From Candidatus Eiseniibacteriota bacterium (GTDB lineage Bacteria; Eisenbacteria; RBG-16-71-46): a stretch of 64,000 nt of DNA. A program made the position numbers and the translations under genes. The DNA is taken from contig OY970342.1 in the NCBI GenBank assembly GCA_963717505.1, positions 224,001 through 288,000 on the forward strand, read 5' to 3'. Shown piece after piece: positions 55,864-64,000 of the stretch. The first letter of the stretch is position 1. Each line of letters starts with the position of its first letter. The notes below the pieces were generated by a model. It saw only the letters and a list, made by a program, of their open reading frames with translations. It was not told where the DNA came from and ran no database searches.

Positions 55864-57952
55864 CTACCAGATACGAACCCGCTGATCGGGCGGCAGGTAG
55901 AGCTTCGACGTCGTATTCACGCCGAACGCGTCGTACCACTCGTCCATGTTGCGCACCGTGCCGTTGGCCCGGAACTCGCCCGGCGAGTGGTTGTCCGACA
56001 CCACCTGCTGGCGGAGCGCCTCTTCGCGGAAGAGCGAGCGCCAGATCTGACCGAAGCCGAGGAAGAATCGCTGCGAGCTGGTGAACCCGTCGATCGCCGG
56101 CGGCTCCTTGCCGGCCAGCGAGATCTTGTAGGCCTCGAGCGCGACGTTCAAGCCACCGAGATCGCCGATGTTCTCGCCCAGCGTCAGACTTGCCGTTGAC
56201 GAACAGGCCCGGCAGCGCCTCGAACTTCGAGTACTGGTCCGACAGCTTGCCCGTGAGTTCCTTGAAGCGCTTCTCATCCTCTTCGACCCACCACTTGCGC
56301 AGCACACCCTTCTCGTCGGACTTGGAGCCCTGGTCGTCGAAGCCATGGCCCATCTCGTGGCCGATGACCGCGCCGATGCCACCGTAGTTGACTGCGGGAT
56401 CCGCGTTCAGATCGAAGAACGGCGGCTGCAGGATGGCGGCCGGGAACACGATCTCGTTCCAGGTCGAGTTGTAGTAGGCATTCACCGTCTGCGGCGCCAT
56501 GCCCCAATCGTTGCGGTCGGCACCCTTGACGAGCCGAGCGATGTCGCGCGCCCGCTGGAACGCATTTTCGCTCTGCCGATTGCCGAACGCGTCGCCGGCC
56601 TTGATCTCGAGCGTCGAGTAGTCGCGCCACTGGTCCGGGTAGCCGATCTTGACGTTGATGGTCTCGAGCTTGCGCAGCGCGGCTTTCTTGGTTTCTTCGG
56701 TCATCCACGGCAGCTTGGTGATGCGCGCCTTGTAGGCGGCGCGCAGATTTTCGACCAGCTTGGCCATCTCGGCCTTGGCTTCGCGGCGAGAACGTGCGCT
56801 TGACGTACAGCTCGCCCGTCGCCTCGCCCATCGCGGCGTTGAACGGCGTGCCGCTCATGGTCGCGACCGCGCGTTTCCAGCGCTCACGCTGCATCGGCGG
56901 CCGGTGAGCGCCTTGCCGTTGAAGTCGAATGCCGAGTCGTCGATACGCCTTCGGCAGCACGTCGGAGTTGGCGTTCAGGTAGTGGAAGGTCAGGTAGGCA
57001 CGCCAGGTCGCCACCGGTGTGGCGCGGTAGAGCTTGGCCAGCGACTGCACCGCGTCCAGCTGGGCGACGATGAACTCGTCTGTGCGCCGGCGCGCCGAAC
57101 GCGGTGAGACGCGCCTCCCACGGGAACTCGGGCGCGAACGCCAGCAGCTCCGTCCGATTCTTCGGGTTGTAGGTCAGATCGCGGTCGCGCGACTTCTCGC
57201 GCGGCCAGTGGATCACGGCGATACTCTTCTCGACAGCCACGATCGAGTCCGCGTTGGCCGCTGCCTGAGCGTCGCCTGCGAGCTTGAGCATGCTCTCGAC
57301 GTACGTGCGGTACTTGGCGCGCGCGTCGGCGAACTTCGCATCGTCCTTCAGGTAGTAGTCGCGGTCCGGCATGCCCAGGCCGCCCTGACCGATCGCGACG
57401 ATGTAGACATCCGGTCGCTTGGCGTCGAGCGTCACGCCCATGCCGATCGGCAGGTTCGCGCGGAACGACGCGCCGCCCGACAGCTTGGCGATGTCCTCGT
57501 GCGTCTTGGCCGCCGCGATCGCCGCCAGGTCCGCTTTGGCCGGTTCGATGCCGCGCTTTTCGATGGCCGCTGTGTCCATGTAGCTGACGTAGTAGTCGAC
57601 CGCCTTACGACTCGCTGAGCCCTCAGCCGGCTTGGCCTTGGCGGCCTCGTCCAGGGCCGCGCGAACGTCGTCCTCGGACTTGGCTCCGAGAATGCTGAAC
57701 GCAGCCCCAGCGCGCGCGGTCGGCCGGGATTTCCGTGGTCTTCATCCAGGTGCCGCCGGCGTAGCGGAAGAAGTCGTCGCCGGGCTGGATGGACTTGTCC
57801 ATAGCGGTCAGCTCGACGCCCCAGGTTCCGAGCACGGCTTTGCCGGTTTTGGCCTGCGCGGCCATGTGAAGACCGGTGACTGAGCCCACGATCAAAGCGA
57901 AGACTACAGCGACGCCGCACAGCAAGGTGCGATGACCATGAGATAGCGACAT
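55864..57952 (-). CDS. M13 (neprilysin/PepO) metallopeptidase, broken by about 6 frameshifts (sequencing artefact or pseudogene)
   Basis: PGDDFFRYAGGTW, GLGMPDRDYY, KIGYPD.W, VNAYY..NEIVFPAAILQPPFF, GHEMGHGFDDQG, TLGENIGDLGG, HSPGEFR. Pieces lie in ORFs 57623, 56884, 56274, 54701 and 55864. Confidence 0.88.
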
Positions 57953-57983
57953 TGCTGATTCCCTTTCATGTGGGTGAAGGTCC

Positions 57984-59579
<1,596 letters not shown>

Positions 59580-59832
59580 GGCTTCCTCCTGAGGGTCGGG
59601 GCACGAGCAGCGCTCGGCGCGGGCAACCGCGTGGGGTGCGTGTTTGCGGGCAGTCTATCCGATGCCGCTTGGGCGAGGGAATCGCCGTGGCGCAGGCCAC
59701 GGCAGCGAGCGCCGCGCTGGCGTTCCCGGGGGTCGGCTCGTATTCTGGCCGGCGTGCGATCCCGCCGACGTTCGGGACTCGGGCGTCGCCGGACATGGGA
59801 GGTCTAGCCGTACCCATCAGGGAGGAACTGTC

Positions 59833-60258
59833 ATGAAGCGTTGCTTGAGATTCACCGTTGTGCTGGCCATTGCCGCTCTCGCCTTTGCCCCCGCCACGGG
59901 CTGCAAGGAATCCGCCACGCTGATCGAGAACGTGGGCGGCACGAACATGCTCTCGAAGTACAACGACGCGCTGGCCGCAAATCTGGCGGCCAATGCCGCG
60001 ACCAGCAAGTTCCTCGATGCCGCCGCGATCGACATGGTCAAGCGGGGCGTCACCACCGAGGTTGGGAAGTACAGCAACGTGCCGCTGCCGACCGATGGTG
60101 TGGACCTCGCGGCCGTGCTCAAGGAAAAGAACATGGACAAGGAAGGCGTCCAGGGATTCAAGGACAGCGCCGAGAAGGCCTGCAAGGACGTAGCACTGTC
60201 GCCCGATGCAACCAAGGGCATGATGGCCATGTTCAATGGGGTGCTCAAGAGTCTGTAG
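59833..60258 (+). CDS. Lipoprotein resembling a group I truncated (2/2) globin but lacking histidine
   Basis: GGAGG RBS and lipobox ATGC. TLIENVGG...LAANAATSKFL...PLPTDGVDLAAVL..NM....F aligns by eye with the trHbN pattern. Confidence 0.7.
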   Translation: MKRCLRFTVVLAIAALAFAPATGCKESATLIENVGGTNMLSKYNDALAANLAANAATSKFLDAAAIDMVKRGVTTEVGKYSNVPLPTDGVDLAAVLKEKNMDKEGVQGFKDSAEKACKDVALSPDATKGMMAMFNGVLKSL

Positions 60259-60337
60259 CAACGCGTAGCACTGCGCTGTACACCGGACGCCCGCCCACGA
60301 CGTTGGGCGGGCGACACCGGCCGCCTCGAGGTAAGCC

Positions 60338-61117
60338 ATGGCCCTCCACTCCAAGTTCCTCCGTTCCCTGCTCGCCGCTCTGCACCTGGTCGGGATCATC
60401 GCGTGCGTGCTCCCGCTGCCGGCGCAGGCGTCACCCGAAGAGGACATGGACAAGCTGATGGCGCCGATCGCGCTCTACCCGGACGCCTTGCTGGCGCAAA
60501 CCCTGACGGCAGCTACCAGTCCCGAGCAGGTCACCGAGTTCCACAAGTGGCTGGGAGAGCAGACGGCGACCGGCAGCGACCTGCAGCAGGCGGCGCAGGA
60601 CGCCAAGTTCGACGCAGCATTCGCTTCGCTCGCCGTGTTCCCCGACGTCATCAAATTGCTCGCGGAGAACATGGACTGGACCAAGGCGATCGGCGCTTCG
60701 TACCAGAGCGACAAGAAGGCTGTCGAGGCGTCGATCCAGCGCCTGCGCGCGCAGGCGAAGCAGCAAGGCAACCTGGAGACCAACGAGCAACAGAGCGTCA
60801 AGGTCGAGACCGAAGGCAGCACGCAGGTGATCATCATCGAGCCCGCGAATCCGCAGGTGGTCTACGTGCCGGTGTACGATCCGGCCAAGCGCGACCGCGA
60901 GGTGATGACCGCGGCGATGATCGAGCGCTGGTGGCTCGTGATGAAGGGCGGCTTCGCGATGCTGGCGTGGCCCGCGGAATACGGCCAGAGCGGCGTGATG
61001 ACGTTCATGGTCGGTCCGGACGGTGTGCTGCTGCAAAAGGACATCGGTGAAGCAACCGCCACCGCTCCCGAGGCGATCACGGCGTTCGATCCCGACAGCA
61101 CATGGAGCACGCCCTAG
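60338..61117 (+). CDS. DUF3300 N-terminal domain fused to a DUF2950 C-terminal segment
   Basis: LMAPIALYPDALLAQ, WT.AIG, IQRLR.QA..GNL.TNEQQ, IIIEPANPQVVYVPVYDP, then GGFAMLAWPAEYGQSGVMTFMV..DG...KDIG...FDPD..W. Confidence 0.8.
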   Translation: MALHSKFLRSLLAALHLVGIIACVLPLPAQASPEEDMDKLMAPIALYPDALLAQTLTAATSPEQVTEFHKWLGEQTATGSDLQQAAQDAKFDAAFASLAVFPDVIKLLAENMDWTKAIGASYQSDKKAVEASIQRLRAQAKQQGNLETNEQQSVKVETEGSTQVIIIEPANPQVVYVPVYDPAKRDREVMTAAMIERWWLVMKGGFAMLAWPAEYGQSGVMTFMVGPDGVLLQKDIGEATATAPEAITAFDPDSTWSTP

Positions 61118-61130
61118 GGCGAACGGGGTT

Positions 61131-61703
61131 CTAGGCGGCAGCGCGCTCCGGCTTCAATGTCCACAACTCCTGCTGAACGGCCGCCTGAATCCGGTGCTGC
61201 GCTGCAACCTTCTTCGCGAAGTGGTCGAAGGTACCGGCAAAGTGCCAAATCTCTTCGAACTGTGTCGGCTCCAGGAAACTATTGCCAGGCTTGGCTAGGT
61301 ACTTCTGGAACGACTTCAGCAGGATCACGCGAACGCCAATCTCTTCGGGGAAGCTGAGGCCAGGGTTCTTCCTCGCTTCCCTGTCAGCAATCGTTGCCCG
61401 ACGGGGACACTGAAGCAATGAAGCAAGCTCGCCCTGGCTCAATGCACATGAGCGTCTGATGAATCGGAGTTCGGGCCCCGTGAGCGGTTTTGGCTCCATC
61501 AGTATCCCCGAAGCGATTACCTGAAGAAGCTGCGGCTCCTTCCAGATCCGAACAAACTTCTCTCCGCATGCCCGGCACCGAGTTTCGGTGACTCCACCGT
61601 GGAGCCAGACGTTGTCCAGCCCGGACTCCAGGTAGTGGTACGTGGGAAGTCGCCGAACGGTCGCAGTGTTCTTCCCGCACTTCGGACAAATGGCCTTGCT
61701 CAT
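61131..61703 (-). CDS. MqsA/YgiT-type zinc-finger plus HTH antitoxin
   Basis: CPKCG...YHYLESGLDNVWL.G....CRACGE, then LTGPELRFIRR...LSQGELASLL. Confidence 0.85.
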   Translation of the reverse strand: MSKAICPKCGKNTATVRRLPTYHYLESGLDNVWLHGGVTETRCRACGEKFVRIWKEPQLLQVIASGILMEPKPLTGPELRFIRRSCALSQGELASLLQCPRRATIADREARKNPGLSFPEEIGVRVILLKSFQKYLAKPGNSFLEPTQFEEIWHFAGTFDHFAKKVAAQHRIQAAVQQELWTLKPERAAA

Positions 61704-62021
61704 CGTGCTCCCCGTCTGGTTGGGTTTGTCGCCTTATCCACCATGATGCTCACAAGTACGCACGGCCCATCGGCTCGAAGATCAACCACCAAAAGGGTTC
61801 GCCGACCTTCCAAACACTTGCCAACAAGCCGCACCCGGAATGCCCCGCTAGACATTTCCTCGGGAGCGTTCCTCATTAGTGTGTGATCTCAGGATCGGAT
61901 TGATGGCTTGGACCGTGAATCCCTCCTGGGCACAGTTCTCCCAGAAGTGCTTGGTCCGATAGTAGTCTCGTGCTCCCGACAGCAAGTCCCCGATGATCTC
62001 TTCAGCTTCCTTGCGGGTCAC
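61700..62021 (-). CDS. Putative cognate toxin (DUF4258/RelE-like), frameshifted in a CA repeat near 61880
   Basis: Not in the ORF track. My translation: MTRKEAEEIIGDLLSGARDYYRTKHFWENCAQEGFTVQAINPILRSH / TLMRNAPEEMSSGAFRVRLVGKCLEGRRTLLVVDLRADGPCVLVSIMVDK...GAR*. The stop overlaps the antitoxin ATG (ATGA). Confidence 0.7.
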
Positions 62022-62064
62022 ACGTTCACTCTTATGGGGCGAGAACGGCTAAGATCCTAGCAGT

Positions 62065-62083
62065 CTGTACGCCAAACGTACAG
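62065..62083. promoter_or_regulatory. Palindromic operator upstream of the TA operon
   Basis: CTGTACG-ccaaa-CGTACAG is a perfect 7-bp inverted repeat, just upstream (minus strand) of an extended -10 TGCTAGGAT. Confidence 0.6.
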
Positions 62084-62105
62084 GCCCTCGGTCCCGACTC
62101 TGTTG

Positions 62106-62447
62106 TCACCCCTGGGTGCGAATGGCTGGAATGCCAAACGTGCCTTCGACGACTTCCACGAACGAGCGCTTCTCGCGCAGGATCAGCCGGCGGTCGTTGG
62201 CGAACGCGAAGTTCGCTCGCCCCTCGGGATCGGACTTGAGCTTCGCGCGGTACGTCTCGTAAGCCGCCAGGCTGTCGAACGCGATCAGCCCCCAGGCCAC
62301 GTTGTTGGTGCCTTCGTGCGGCAGGAAGTAACCCACCAGGTGGCCGCCGCAGCGCGGAATGATGCTCCCCCAACGCTGCGCGTAACTGGCGAACTCGTTG
62401 CGCTGCCAGGGATCGATCTCGTAACGAATGACGCAGACAATGCCCAT
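62106..62447 (-). CDS. NIPSNAP family protein
   Basis: CVIRYEIDP...[50 protein letters not shown]. Confidence 0.9.
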   Translation of the reverse strand: MGIVCVIRYEIDPWQRNEFASYAQRWGSIIPRCGGHLVGYFLPHEGTNNVAWGLIAFDSLAAYETYRAKLKSDPEGRANFAFANDRRLILREKRSFVEVVEGTFGIPAIRTQG

Positions 62448-62511
62448 TGGGCTCCTCCTGCGACCACGATAGTTCTTGCCCGGCCCGCCATGCTTCGGCT
62501 ACCGTCGAAAT

Positions 62512-63195
62512 GTGCTCGACGCCCCCGACATCGCCCCGGTCGCGGTCCTGCTCGGCGATCCCACGCGCGGCAGAATGCTCGCATTGCTGATGGACGGCCG
62601 CGCGCAGACCGCCACCGAACTCGCCCTCGAAGGAGGCGTCACCGCGTCCACCGCCAGCAGCCACCTGGCGCGGCTGACCGACGCGGGGCTACTGACCGTC
62701 GTCCAGCAGGGGCGCCACCGCTACTTCCGGATCGCGAGCCCCGAGGTCGCGGCGACGATCGAAGCGCTGATGAGCATTGCTGCACGCCGCGGTTTTCACG
62801 CGACGCGAACGGGTCCGAGCGACGATGGCCTGCGCGAGGCGCGCGTGTGCTACGACCACCTCGCGGGCCGAGCCGGAGTTCGCCTGATGGATCGCCTGCG
62901 CGCGCGAGGAATCGTCGACGATCGCGACGGCGCGGTGGCGCTCACTCCCGAGGGCGAAGTATGGTGCGATCAATTGGGCGTCGATCTCGCTGCCATGCGC
63001 AGCCGGCGGCGTCCGCTCTGCCGGCCGTGCCTGGACTGGAGCGAGCGTCGCATGCACCTGGGCGGTGCGTTGGGTGCGGCGCTGCTCGACCGCATGTTTG
63101 CGCTACACTGCGCTCGCCGCGTGCCGGAGAGTAGAGCCGTGGTCCTTTCGTCTCGAGGAGAGTCCTTCGTCGAACGCCTCGAACTTGCGCGCTGA
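62512..63195 (+). CDS. ArsR/SmtB-family regulator with C-terminal CYDHLAG/CLDWSER domain
   Basis: LGDPTR..ML..LMDGRA.TATELA...TASSHLARL, QGRHRYFR, ARVCYDHLAG, CLDWSERR.HLGG.LG. Confidence 0.92.
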   Translation: MLDAPDIAPVAVLLGDPTRGRMLALLMDGRAQTATELALEGGVTASTASSHLARLTDAGLLTVVQQGRHRYFRIASPEVAATIEALMSIAARRGFHATRTGPSDDGLREARVCYDHLAGRAGVRLMDRLRARGIVDDRDGAVALTPEGEVWCDQLGVDLAAMRSRRRPLCRPCLDWSERRMHLGGALGAALLDRMFALHCARRVPESRAVVLSSRGESFVERLELAR

Positions 63196-64000
63196 TTCGG
63201 AGTCGCCGGCCGCACCGCCGCAACCCACCGGCAGCGCCAGCGCAGCCACCGCCTGGGCCGCGTTCTTCACCTGCTCCCTGATCTGGGGGAGCACGTTCCT
63301 GGTGATCAGCATCGGGAACGACACGATGCCGCCGTTCTGGGCCGCAGCCGTGCGGCTCGGACTCGCGTGCGTGCTGCTGACGGCGGTGACCTACGCGAGA
63401 GGCAGGTCCTGGCCACGCGGCGCGGCGTTGCGCGCTGCGATGATGTTCGGGTTCCTCAACTTCGGGCTCAGCTTCTGCCTGCTCTACTGGGGTGAGACGC
63501 ACGTGCCGTCGGGATTGACCGCGGTGGTCTACGGCACGATCCCGCTGACCACCGCACTGTTCGCGCGCACGTTCGGACTCGAGGCGCTGCGCCCACTCAA
63601 GGTCTTGGGCGCTCTGGTCGCGTTCGCCGGCGTCGCGTTCATCTTCTCGGGGCAACTGCGCGCCAACGTTCCGCTCGCGCCGTTGCTCGCGATCCTGGCC
63701 GCAGCAACCTGCGCGGCGCTGTCGGGCATCGCGCTCAAGATGGGTCCGCGTCAGCCGCCCTTGGCTGCCAATGCTGCCGGCGCTGCCGTGGGTTTCGCCG
63801 TGTGCCTGATCGCCAGTCTGCTGGCGCGCGAGACGCGCGTCGTGCCGACCACGACTGGCCAGATCGCGCCGATCCTCTACCTGACGATCATGGGCTCGAT
63901 CGGCGCGTTCAGTCTGTACGCGTGGCTGGTCAACCGCTGGAAGCTGACGCGCATCAGCTTCATAGCGGTGATCGTTCCGGTCGTGGCGTTGATCCTGGGC
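63185..64000 (+). CDS. EamA/DMT-family transporter (runs off the window end)
   Basis: Not in the ORF track. Translation WAAFFTCSLIWGSTFLVISIG..MPPFWAAAVR...LLYWGETHVPSGLTAVV...ILYLTIMGSIGAFSLYAWL. The TTG start is inferred. Confidence 0.88.
   Translation, partial: MRADSESPAAPPQPTGSASAATAWAAFFTCSLIWGSTFLVISIGNDTMPPFWAAAVRLGLACVLLTAVTYARGRSWPRGAALRAAMMFGFLNFGLSFCLLYWGETHVPSGLTAVVYGTIPLTTALFARTFGLEALRPLKVLGALVAFAGVAFIFSGQLRANVPLAPLLAILAAATCAALSGIALKMGPRQPPLAANAAGAAVGFAVCLIASLLARETRVVPTTTGQIAPILYLTIMGSIGAFSLYAWLVNRWKLTRISFIAVIVPVVALILG

Noticed and set aside
54701-56767. Apparent M13 peptidase / beta-barrel fusion (688 aa)
   Set aside because: A frameshift near 56190 creates it. The M13 C-terminus ends at 55864 in another frame, and the barrel has its own signal peptide from 55831.
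60288-60313. Hairpin CGCCCGCCCA/TGGGCGGGCG after the globin-like gene as an intrinsic terminator
   Set aside because: The stem is good but has no U-tract on either strand, so its function cannot be assigned.
61118-62105. TA islet as an IS or prophage remnant
   Set aside because: I found no transposase or integrase fragment, terminal inverted repeats or target-site duplication by eye.

Overview
High-GC bacterial chromosomal window of about 49 genes; no rRNA, tRNA, CRISPR array, transposase or integrase was seen. The secreted proteins carry FlgD-Ig/T9SS-like tails and one 'SWGxxxxxYR' tail, which points to an FCB-related lineage such as Ca. Eisenbacteria (inference). Many genes are broken by small indels, a pattern typical of unpolished long-read sequence. 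In order, the window holds: a MATE pump; TPR / ECF sigma / Ser-Thr kinase-DUF4384 module; NHL protein; czcI-like-czcCBA; aldo-keto reductase; GT-C glycosyltransferase; DUF547; glpD-glpK; lysophospholipase; two type IV pilins, each with its own sigma54 promoter; a Memo protein with an RRE-like N-terminus; a second GT-C/TPR protein; BNR and SYLF proteins; ligA-polX-DUF190-fluC; three tandem PQQ sugar dehydrogenases; a TPR-zincin; two secreted CTD proteins; an ABC exporter; an acyltransferase; a propeller/di-heme cytochrome c; a second MATE; two outer-membrane barrels; an M13 peptidase; P5C dehydrogenase; a globin-like lipoprotein; a DUF3300-DUF2950 fusion; an MqsA-type toxin-antitoxin pair; NIPSNAP; ArsR; EamA. 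The most notable observations are: (1) three different C-terminal sorting tails on seven signal-peptide proteins, several of them redox enzymes; (2) a His-less truncated-globin-like lipoprotein; (3) an RRE-Memo plus GT-C cassette behind twin pilins; (4) a PPEP/anthrax-LF-like zincin inside a TPR scaffold; (5) a 14-repeat propeller with hypervariable loops; (6) a toxin gene missed by the ORF track. Family calls come from motif recognition by eye, not from database searches.
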